Shown here: in pieces, positions 1 to 12,321 of the stretch
Layout of the letters: each line of letters opens with the position of its first letter
How positions within the stretch are numbered: position 1 is the first letter of the stretch
Assembly (NCBI GenBank): GCA_010356995.1
Contig: ML996703.1
Coordinates: forward strand, 310,001-374,000
Direction of reading: 5' to 3'
DNA length: 64,000 nucleotides
Source: Trichodelitschia bisporula
Taxonomy: Eukaryota
Program-made: the position numbers and the translations under genes
Notes under the pieces: generated by a model
The model's database searches: none
Told to the model about the DNA's origin: nothing
Seen by the model: only the letters and a program-made list of their open reading frames with translations

Positions 1-1196
1 CACAGCAATGGCCCGACGGAGATTCTCAGGGACCAGCGTCCAAGTGTTCGTTTGAGGTGTTTGGAAGAGCTCATTGATGCATCAGAAAGCAATTTCTGAC
101 TCGCAGTCGGAAGCTGGAGATCCAGTCAAAGATGTGCACACCCACGTGGGTCATGAAGTGACTTTTATAAAATCCTAGTCTGCTCTTTAGCGGGAGACGG
201 CGGGCCGGTACGCCCTAAGGAAGGTGAGATGTGCCTCCTGGCGGAACATCAGGCACGAAGAAACAGGGGAAAACAAGAGGGTTGTTTTGATGCTGCGCTT
301 ATGCGCCATGCAATAGGCTATGTTCTAGGAATGAGGCTGCGAAAACAGCGAAACAGAGCGAGGATGTTTCTGATGGGCTGGTGCAGAAATGGTGACGAGT
401 TCGGAGGTCAGAAAACGCCAGGAAAAGGCAAAAATGACATGCATTCTTGTGATCTGACTTCTTACAGGCTCATCTCGCGACTCAGGTCATCATCCACCAG
501 CTGACTGATGATGGCTATTACTAGTGCCAGAGATAGGAAGACCATATCCTACCGAAAGCTATCATCGTGAATGCTGGGTTGCTGAGGGAAGCTTAGGATA
601 GCAAAGTACAAAAGACCGGCTGAAAATGCCATGCGGTTCCGGTCCGGGGCAAGATACGTATTCTAGACGTTGTGGACGCGCGGAGAGAGACGCATGAGAG
701 ACGTGCATGTCTGCAGTCTCCTCCGATTGACCACAGCCCACTGGCGCCAAGTTGTGATGTCCTAGCGAAGTTGAGCGCCCCAGCGGTTCTCCGGAGCGCC
801 TCATAGCTGCAAGTCGCCGCCTTCCCGACTCCGCTTGCAAGCCTTCAACCCCCCCAACCCCCCCCCCAGTCTTCCAAGTCACTCCTCCTCCACCATCCAC
901 ACAACTCCACTACCTCCCCCACCATTCCCGCACCCGCATTCCCTACTACTCTTCACATCACCCCTCCCTCTTGCATCTGCATTTCACGAAGCGCAAACGC
1001 ACCATTCTCCGACATGCCCAATTGGTGAACGTGCCAGCGAACCCCCCGGCCCCATCAGGTTTTGTTGTCACAAGGGCTCGCCCAGCGCACTGCCGGCCCC
1101 CTTGTGCAGCGTCCATCCTTGCCTGCCGGCCTGGTTCGTCCTACCGACCGCAGCATCCCGAGCCCTTCAAAGTGACCTGCGGGTCCTGATTTCAAG

Positions 1197-3418
1197 CTGG
1201 CCGAGTGAGTAGCATCGTCATCACATCCCCTCTTACTTTGTGCACCAAAAATCCGCTCTTCGTTGCGAGCGCGTCGCGAACTGTCGCGCTGATGGTGTCC
1301 AGCTTCTTCCTGTGGGGCCACACCAGTGGCCTCGCCGCCCGCCTCTCACAACATTCCTCGCCGAAACGTTCCATATCGGCAACAACTGCGTCGCCGGGAC
1401 CGCCGACGCCCTTATCGCCGCCTGAGACAACTCGAACTCTCGCACACTCTTCATCAACACCCGCACTTGCCGCCATGGCAGCGGCTGTCGCTCCCGCGCC
1501 TGCTATACCGTCGCGGCTATTTCCCGCAGACTCTGAAGCGATGAACACTATACGAGATCCCCGAACTCCGAGTCCGTCGTCCTCGCTCTCGCGTTCAGAC
1601 TCGACTGCATCAGCCCCGCACCCCGACCTCAGCAGCGAGGTTGCAACCCTGAGCTCCAAGCTCGTCAACGCCATCAACCACCAGACAAACCTCGATGATG
1701 CTCTACAGGGCGCGCGCCACGACCTCGAGATGGCACGGCGGAGGATGGACAAACTGGAGGCGGCGGTCAAGCAGCACGAACAACTCGTGAGCAGCGGTTC
1801 TCTGCTCCGCAAGGAGGACATTGAGGCACGCGAGGCCCGGATGGTGGCCGAGCTTGAGGAGGAGCGCAAGCTGCGGGCCAAGGCGGAGGCTGAAAAGAAG
1901 AAAATGGAGCAAGAGCTGGGAGATCTCACAACTGCGCTGTTCGAGGAGGCTAACACCATGGTGGTCACGGCACGTATGAAGGCCGAAGCCTTGGAGAAGC
2001 GCAACGAGCAACTTAAACTACAGATTGGCGATACGGAAGTGCTCCTCCGCTCTCAGCAGGACCAGCTGCACGACCTCAAAGTGGTGGTGGAAAGGATGAG
2101 CTCCGAGTACGACGAGAATGAGAGCACAGCCCAAATCTCCACAGCCCCTTCCACACCTGGCATACTGCCTCACGACAACCTGGTCAAGGCTTTTGAGGCG
2201 AGCAATGCCACGCCGTTGACTCCGATTGGCACGGAGGACGTGCAGCCAGATCAGCCTCTCCGCTTCCCGCACCTCCTACAACCAGTACTGCGCACGGACC
2301 TGACGGCGTTCAACGAGTTCAGGGCAATAGCCAAATCGATTCCTAAAGTTGGAGCCAGTCAGCCCCCCAGTCGCGTCACGAGTGGCAGCTTTGGGAGCCT
2401 CAACGTCATGGGCCTGGGGGCGGGACTTAATTTACACAAAACTTCCGCCTCCACGCCAGCCACACCGACCCATGCATCCTTCTCCTTCCCGCCGCGTGAG
2501 GTCACGCCGTCAATGCCGCTCAAGGACACGCCCGTGTACAAACGTGCGCTGGCTGAGGACATTGAGCCGACTCTGCGGCTCGACATGGCGCCAGGTCTTT
2601 CATGGCTTCAGCGTAGATCCGTCGTGCAGAGCATCAGCAGTGGCACGCTCTGCGTTGAGCCCCTCCCGGCGAGTAGCGTACCCTCTGGCGCTGCCACCAA
2701 GGCTCCGCCTTGCGCTCTCTGTGGCGAATCCCGCACCGAAGCCAAGTACGAGCGACGTCATCGCCTCCGCACGTCTGAAGAGAAGGAGGGTACTCAGCAA
2801 TCAAACACTAGCAGCAGGGACGCGGCCAAGTTTGCCTTGTGCGAGCACTGCGTTGCAGGCCTCAGGGCTGCATGCGACTATGTCGGCTTTCTGCGCATGG
2901 TGCGCGACGGGCTGTGGCGTGTTGAGAGCGATGAGGATGTGCGTGCTGCTTGGGAAGAGAGCGTGCGCCTCCGGGAGCGCATGTTCTGGATCCGCGTCGG
3001 CGGCGGTGTTGTGCCGACTACCGCCGCACGGGCCGAAGTTCGCTCCGACGAGGGAATCGAGGGGCGGATCAGCCAAGAGAAGTCGCTCGGGTCACCGGTC
3101 AAAAAGAGGGTCTCAATCTCGAATACGGTTGAGACCCTGATGTCTAAGCCGCATCCGCCTACCAACGTGCAGGCGGAGATAAAGGAGACTGGAAAGGTGG
3201 AGAATGCAGATGAAGATTCGGTGCGGAACTCGGTCGCATCGAGCGCTGGAGATACCGTAGTCGGAGCACAGGCTGCAGCTCTCACGACAGGGCTCGAGCC
3301 TGCGGCTCTTACTGAGGCTGTGGCCACACACGACGCAGCGACTACTCCTGCACCTCTCCCTGAGGCTTACGCCAGGGCCAACCGGCCAGGTCTTTCGATT
3401 CCGGGTGCTTTCGAGTGA
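1197..3418 (+). CDS. SEC2: Rab GDP/GTP exchange factor, Sec2 family (coiled-coil GEF domain plus C-terminal Cys-rich region); start uncertain (CUG 1197 via intron 1205-1302, or AUG 1292/1476/1541)
   Basis: Long ORF with Sec2 signature EQELGDLTTALFEEANTMV, the N-terminal HPDLSSEVATLSSKLVNAINHQTNLDD segment, EDIEPTLRLD and CALC/CEHC motifs. Confidence 0.9.
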
Positions 3419-4580
3419 GTGAGGAGAGAGACGATATAATTTCGTATCTTGCCTTAGGCGTTTTGGGTTCGAAACACAGCATATTACTACATTCGCCTCT
3501 GTCGAACAGGCAAAAGCAGCATTATCAGTTATTTGGGAACCGCCCGTCTTGGTTAGGGTGCTTCTTGGGTTGGGCATTTGTGTCGGCGTGCTTTGAGTTT
3601 ACTGATACGGGAGTAGGGCGTTCACATCTTCCAAGGGCAAGGTGACCCGCGACTGCGCAGTCATGTAAAAAGAACGGCTGGAAGTCGATGGCTTGTGACA
3701 GCGTTAATTGTCCGCCCTCGTTTGCTTTGACGGTTGGTCTGCATATATTAGAGGGATTGGGCGTGGGTTGGTGTTTGTACGAATAGAGAGTGGTAATGTT
3801 TGAGTACGATAATTGATATAAGTAAGGAGCGCTGAGCTTGCTTCAACCGATCAATCGACGATGAAGTTTAAGAATGGAGTATGAGAGTCTGCGAATGTCA
3901 ATAAGTGAGCAAGGCAAGCAAGGCCATTGGCTGGCGTAACGGACAAGCTCGCCCCGCCCAGCGCCCTAACTGAGGACGGTTTAAATCGCCAAGTGATCGT
4001 GGGGTGCTGCCCCGCCGGGTCACGGACCACATCCTTCACCTTCCACTACGTCCCTAACCCTCATTATCGTACCCGCAAGACAACGAGGTCATACGACGAA
4101 GGGTCCTACGGTATCGTAGACCAGGAGCACACCCCTCCCTCGTCCCCGCGTTTCCCCGCAACGCGACCGAAACGGAGCAGCCGCATCTCGAGACAGCGAA
4201 CCTTGCTGCGACGGAACAAGCCATCCATCGACGAGTCGACAGGAGCCGTTCGAGCCGTCTACAGATGCCGTCGCGCGCGCCTCAAGCCCGCCCTCTTCCG
4301 CTACCGGCTCGCGGCCGCGATATCGCTGGTGGGATGTGCGGGATTTTGACAGTGCCTTCCTCACTGGCGATTGGGGTGTGTACGAGACGGAGACGCCGAC
4401 GGCTCGCCGACGGCTCGCTCACAACGCTCGGCGACGGATATGGCTTCTGGAAGACATACGCACGCTGCGCTCCGCTCCTTCGCCCTGTGGAGACGTGAGA
4501 GTCGCGAGTGGCAAGAGATAGAGCGCTGCGGGACGGCTGGGCGGCTTTTTGTCCGCGGTGGAAGCCGATTTCCAACCCTG

Positions 4581-4600
4581 GTCACGTGAAATGGCGGCAT
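4581..4600. promoter_or_regulatory. GTCACGTG E-box followed by a near-CYS-3/MetR site (ATGGCGGCAT) upstream of PAPS reductase
   Basis: Motifs read directly; CACGTG (Cbf1-type) and ATGRYRYCAT (CYS-3) are known fungal sulfur-regulon elements; one mismatch to the CYS-3 consensus. Confidence 0.4.
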
Positions 4601-5246
4601 CGAGCAAGCGGCAAAAAAAGGAACATGACGTGCTCACGCTTGGACCTTTTGTTCTGGGGATAGTGACGAAACGGGATGTTGTCAGCCTCAGGAACCCGGT
4701 GAATTTTTGTCGTCAATCGCTCGAGTGCAAGGGGTGGGGCCGGACTGAATAATGGTGACGGCGTACACTTGGTGGAGAAGTCCAAAGCTACCAAAGGATC
4801 GGGAAGTCGTCTTTTCTATCCCTTCAGCTGTGATGCTCTATTTCCTTCACTGATGCCCATTTGTCAGTCTTCCATAGTCTTGGCGGCTTCTCAGCCTGCT
4901 GTTGCGCTTGCCATTCCTCAGCTCACCCTGTCTGAGCCATGGGCATGACGCTAAGGATTGCGTGCTCGACAAAACCCGATGGGTATTTTGCCAGCACCGG
5001 GGCTGGCCCGGAGACATCCTCCCTTACGGATATATGCTCACTTTCTCTGCTCTTATTTCGCGGTCACTCTCCCGCACAGAAATCTCTTCTACTCGCGTGG
5101 CGTCGTAACACAAACCTTCTTCCTCAAGCCATCGCTGCAAACTACTGCTTCTTCGGGAAACCGTTACGCCTTAGATACCGGTTCTGATTGTGTACACTTG
5201 ACCCCTCCCACCACCCCTTCAACCATCCCGCAGATACCTTTCAACC

Positions 5247-6205
5247 ATGGTGTCGCCGATTGATATCACGCCTCCTGCGACATCGCACGGCGACTCGGAC
5301 TCAACCTGCGAATCAGGCTATGCCAGCGCTACGTCTGATAATGGCGGCTTTGCGGAGATTTACTTCACCCGGCCCCACCTGAAGTACTTGAACAAGCAGC
5401 TGAGCCAGCTTGAGCCGCAGGGTATGTGCAAGCCTCTCATAATAGACCGGCAACTAACGTCATAGATATTCTGAAATGGTGCTTGATCTCTCTGCCGGGG
5501 CTGTTCCAAACCACGGCATTTGGTCTCACGGGGCTGGTTACCATCGACATGCTCTCCAAGATTGCCATTGACAACAAGTCACTGCCGCCACTCATCTTCC
5601 TCGACACACTTCACCACTTCCCGGAGACGCTGGCTTTGGTCGATCGTGTCACCGCCAAGTACCCGCAGCCTCTGCACGTGTACAAGCCGGCAGGCTGCGA
5701 GACGGCCGCGGACTTCACCGCCCAACATGGCGAGCGGTTCTGGGACGTCGACGATGAGCGCTACGACTGGGTGGCCAAGGTCGAGCCAGCGGAGCGCGCA
5801 TACGCAGAGCTGGGCGTTAAGGCCGTTCTGACGGGACGGCGTAGATCGCAGGGCGGCAAGCGCGGCGATCTGGACGTGCTCGAGATCACGGAAGCCGGGC
5901 TCATTAAAGTCAACCCGCTGGCAAACTGGACGTTTGCGCAGGTGCAGGCGTACGTGCGCGAGCACGACGTGCCGTACAACGAGCTCCTGGACCGCGGGTA
6001 CAAGAGCATTGGCGACTGGCACAGCACGCAGCCGATTCGCGAGGGCGAGGACGAGCGCGCGGGCCGGTGGCGCGGGAAGGATAAGACCGAGTGTGGTATT
6101 CACAATAAGAGGAGCCGCTATGCGCAATTTCTCATGGAGCAGGAGCGGCTGCGGGAACGGGAGGAGCTGCAGGGACGAGGGGAGCGGGTGGAGGTTAAGG
6201 CGTAG
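5247..6205 (+). CDS. MET16: Phosphoadenosine phosphosulfate (PAPS) reductase; exons 5247-5421 and 5466-6205
   Basis: QTTAFGLTGL, FLDTLHHFPET, TGRRRSQG, GYKSIGDWHST and KTECGIH motifs; GTATGT..CTAAC..TAG intron restores the frame. Confidence 0.97.
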
Positions 6206-7347
6206 GTGCAGCCTCGCAAGGCTGTTGCTAGTTATGGTGGATTTTGTGCTGCGCTTGGGCGTTTATGCGGCATCATGGCGCTGGGAGTTGGCTTGCGGGG
6301 GAAGGTGCTTCATGGGCTCGGCGTGGGTGGACTTTTGATCCTAAGTGTTTATATTCAGCATCGTGGGTGGCGATTATCAGGCATCTGGTAACGGATATTA
6401 TATCTAGAAGGTCCACGAACGGCTAGATTTTGAATCTAAAAAGCTTCATAGCTTAAGAGCAAGCGAGATGGTAGCACGTAAGGCGTGGGGAAAGCATGTG
6501 ATGTGCTACCACGATGTATCGTGGACTATTCCGCATTTTGAATAGACGACAAATGGCCCCGTAATCGCAATCGCGTGCTCCAGCTCGTGACCGGATGAGA
6601 GGCCAGTTTGGGAGGGTCAGAGCTCGTGATGCTTGTTCTCAATACTCGAAATGCTCTTAGGAGCCGGGGCTACGCAAAGACTTGACCTTCCAAAACTCGC
6701 AAGGTACAAGGAACCAACTTCGCGGCCAAGCGGAAAATGGCCTTGTGGCCGCGATCACGCAATTGCACTCCCCCGGCTGTGGTTTGGTAGTGTTCCGCAG
6801 ATGGCCGTGGGGAATACGCCATCGGGAAGCCGGTTGGAGCAGAATCTTACTTCTTGTCATTTTTGCCATTTTGCTGAGCTTTGGGTGATGCGCGGCGAAG
6901 CTCGGCGGGCTCTGCCGCCGTCCATGGGACGTTGCGGGTGGCTACTGTGGAAGGCGTGGTTCGCGTATGCGGATATGGTAGTCTACGGAGTTGCTGTCCT
7001 GTACCGGAGGTGGAAAGGTTTAACGGCGGTGGTTGAAGCTTTCTCGAGTAGTACATGTACCGCTGGACAGCCAACCCTCGACGTGAGATCTTTGCCGATT
7101 ACTTTTCTATCGCCGCGTGCCACCCGTCTTGTGTTGCTGATCTCCAAGATCGAAGCTACTGTAAGCACCACCTTATTCGTCCTGTGCCTTGCTTAAGAAT
7201 TCTTCTACTCCCATTCCCCCATCCCATCTACCCGCTTACTCTTTTACTCTCCGTTTCGTCCCCGCCGCTATTCCGCTTATCTCCCGCTCGTGCGCATCCA
7301 CTTCTTCCCCTTCTAGCTTCGAAATTTGCAGCATTGCGGGGCCGGGA

Positions 7348-7357
7348 ATGGCGTCAT
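7348..7357. promoter_or_regulatory. Perfect CYS-3/MetR consensus ATGGCGTCAT about 270 nt upstream of ATP sulfurylase
   Basis: Matches ATGRYRYCAT exactly, in a sulfur-assimilation promoter. Confidence 0.6.
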
Positions 7358-7623
7358 AGCTGCGGGCTCACGGTTACTAGCCACGACGAGAGAAGATCTC
7401 TAGAAGCTAGAGCTAGAAACGCGAGTGGCAATTTGACGAGTCCCCGACGACCGTTGCCCCCCCTCCCCGAAAGTCTTTCAACGCACCACCGGCTGCAAGA
7501 GGTCTTGTTTATAATCCGAGCCGAAGAAAGTCGTCCCGCGTACCTTCTGTCCCCACGCTCCCGTCCCATCCTCATCACCCTTCACCAAAACCCTACACAA
7601 ACTCCACATCCACACTCCTCACA

Positions 7624-9777
<2,154 letters not shown>

Positions 9778-10013
9778 TGGGTAGGGGATGGGGTTGAGGC
9801 GGAGCGTTTAGACGAATGATGGAATGAAGAGCTGAGGCATGTCGGGTTGCTTGTTGCATGCTGTGGAGTTGAATATCTTTGAGGCCGAACGTGGCAGTTG
9901 ATATCAAACGCATTCGAAATCCGCCCAGCACTCTCCAACCAAAGTAACAAGACACCCTTCCTCCGCCTTCGAACCTTCCAGTCGCTAGTCATCGCCCCGA
10001 TCCACAAAAGAAA

Positions 10014-10292
10014 ATAGAGTCTTCTGCTCGCTCAAGCCTCACCGTTCAGAAACCTGTCCACGGAGACAACAAAACAACACCACCTCCTTCACTACAGCGA
10101 AAATATCCAAGGCTTTGTACTGCGTCGTTTGGGAGTACGGGGTCTGGTAGGGAAAACCGCAGCAGATCCCATACTCCCAAGCGGCACTGAGCCTGATATT
10201 ATTGCCGTAGTGAAGGAGGTGGTGTTTGTTGCGTCGTCTCCTATTGGGAGGTCCTGGACATTGATGCGTTGAGCGGACAGAAGAGTTCCTAT
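10014..10292. repeat. Long imperfect inverted repeat / predicted hairpin (arms about 130 nt, loop about 10147-10162)
   Basis: AACACCACCTCCTTCACTAC (10076-10095) is the exact reverse complement of 10207-10226; pairing continues inward and outward with mismatches and bulges. Confidence 0.9.
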
Positions 10293-10852
10293 AATTGAGA
10301 ACTATCGGTGGGGACAAAGTGGACGTGATCTTCCTCTCCTAAACTCTGATGTTGTGTCGAACTCTGCGTCGCTCGCAGACAGTTTGCTGGTAGATAGGGT
10401 CGTGTTGGTGATGTCTATCGAAGCGCGTCCGGATGAGCGCGCCGGTGATCGCTACAAAACATTCGACCTGCCACCGCCACTCAAGAGGGACGACATCGCC
10501 CAGAAGGGACGACGGCACCCTTCCAGAGTACGGCGCCAGATCGAATGTTCCGCAGCCGTCACCGACGCGCCCATCCATTGTCCGCCAACGAAGATGCGCT
10601 GAGTTGATTATTTCGATGGAAGTGTGTTAAGCTGTTGAGCTGTGGCCCATGCACCGCCTTTTCCCCGCCTCGGGCTTGGCACCCTTGCTTGCGCGGCGCC
10701 ACCATCGGCCCGCCAAAAAGTATATATCCGGCGAACGCAACCTCACCTCGCCTCCACGTCGCCTCCCCTCCACCAACCCCCCAACCTACAATCGCTCTCC
10801 CACAACCTCACCACTCACCCACCAAAAACCCACCCTCCTCAAAAACATCACA

Positions 10853-11437
10853 ATGCCTCGCCAATCCCGCGGTCCCTCCCGCCCGGCCGCGCGCCCCGTT
10901 CCTCCCCCCCAGCGCCCCGCCGCACAGCAAACCCGCCCCGCGAGCACGAGCGCCGCACCCCCTGCGACGGCCGCGCCGACGAGCGTTGCGCAGCCGCAGC
11001 AGGCGAGCTCTGGTGGATCGGGGTTGTTTGGGCAGATGGCGAGCACGGCGGCGTAAGTAGCCTCGCGCCTGCAGTGGCGGAAAAACAAACGCGATGAGAA
11101 ATGTATGCTGACGAACGCAGTGGTGTCGCCGTAGGCTCCGCCGTCGGCCACGCAGTCGGCGGCTGGTTCGGTGGCTCCTCCGCGGCGCCGGCGGAGGCGA
11201 GCTCCACTGCGGCCCAGTCGACGGGTGACTCGTACCTGACGCAGAGCCAGTCCGGGCCGAAGGTGTGTGAGGGGGAGATTAGCAAGTTTAAGACGTGTAT
11301 GGATCAGAATGAGGTATGTCGCGTGTTGATATTGGAGGGTGAGGGGTAAAGGCTAATGGGCACAGGGCTCGCTTACGATTTGCGGGTGGTATCTTGATCA
11401 GCTTAAGAGCTGCCAGCAGATGGCGTCGCAGTACTAG
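10853..11437 (+). CDS. MIX17: Mitochondrial CHCH-domain protein (Mix17/CHCHD2 family); 3 exons
   Basis: MPRQSRG N-terminus, GLFGQMASTAAGVAVGSAVGH segment, twin CX9C at the C-terminus; introns 11053-11120 and 11314-11365. Confidence 0.92.
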
Positions 11438-12321
11438 GCGCGCGTGTCTGGTTGGTGGTTGAGGGTTAGGGTAGCGGGCATGGATGGAGTTCGGATGTAC
11501 GATTGTACATAGTCTGATGCTCAGCGCGCGGCTTGGTGGTCTTGTGGCTGCTGGGCTGGGCGTGCGAGCGGATGCAATGGGATCGCCACTTTGCCTATGA
11601 TGCCTATGATATGGGTTGTGTCACGGGTCTGGTCAGGTCCTTCCCAGACTGGGGGAGGAGCTCCTGCCAGACACTGGGGAGGATGGGGACTGAGGTCTTT
11701 TTCCTCTCACCCTCTTCTCCGCTCCCTCGACTTCTCCTCTCCCTCAACTTCTCAATTATAAGCTTCGATCGTCCTCGTCGTTCGGGTTCGTGACATTTTG
11801 GTGCCTGTGGTACGGTTGCTGCTGGCTTTCAGGTACCCAGCCTTCCTCCTGCGTATGGAAGGGCCGATTGTGACAGCAACACTGGAACCGGCGAACTTCA
11901 GCCCATACCGCCACATACGAGCTGGACATATTATCTGTGGAATTGGGTTCGACTGCCCTGGCTGTACTACCACGCCCTACAGATGTACTCGAATAACGAG
12001 CTCCCGCCAAACCCGGTCAAGATCGACAGTACTTCACCTTAAGCCAAGGTTGCGGGCGGTATCGACATCATCTAATCCCTGCTAAGTAGCAGCCTATTTT
12101 CCGACATAAAAGAAGAGTTCCTCTGAGATGGCGGCAACTTCATCCCAACATTGAAAGCAGTTGAGTTTTGCATCGGTCCAGCGCTGCAAGATGGCCACCA
12201 TCACGAACATCAATTCAGTCCCAAACTACAATTACTATCTACAACGCCCTCCACATCACCAAGGTATCACCAAGGTATCAACTTCTCCACCCTTCCACCC
12301 CCAGCTCGAAGACATAACCCC

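Noticed and set aside
1192..2004. Long antisense ORFs opposite real genes (also 18729-19481, 22999-23643, 38815-39588, 52179-53114 and others)
   Set aside because: Shadow frames caused by high GC and codon bias; no recognisable domains
4052..4061. CCCTAACCCT, a possible telomerase RNA template for TTAGGG repeats
   Set aside because: A 10-nt match is expected by chance in C-rich DNA; I could not identify a convincing pseudoknot or CR4/5 element, and the downstream sequence looks like the MET16 promoter
6470..6940. Several short stem-loops between MET16 and MET3
   Set aside because: Stems are 10 bp or less and expected by chance; no RNA family motif recognised
11750..12090. Short ORFs and weak self-complementarity between MIX17 and the OPT gene
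   Set aside because: No recognisable protein motif and pairing is fragmentary
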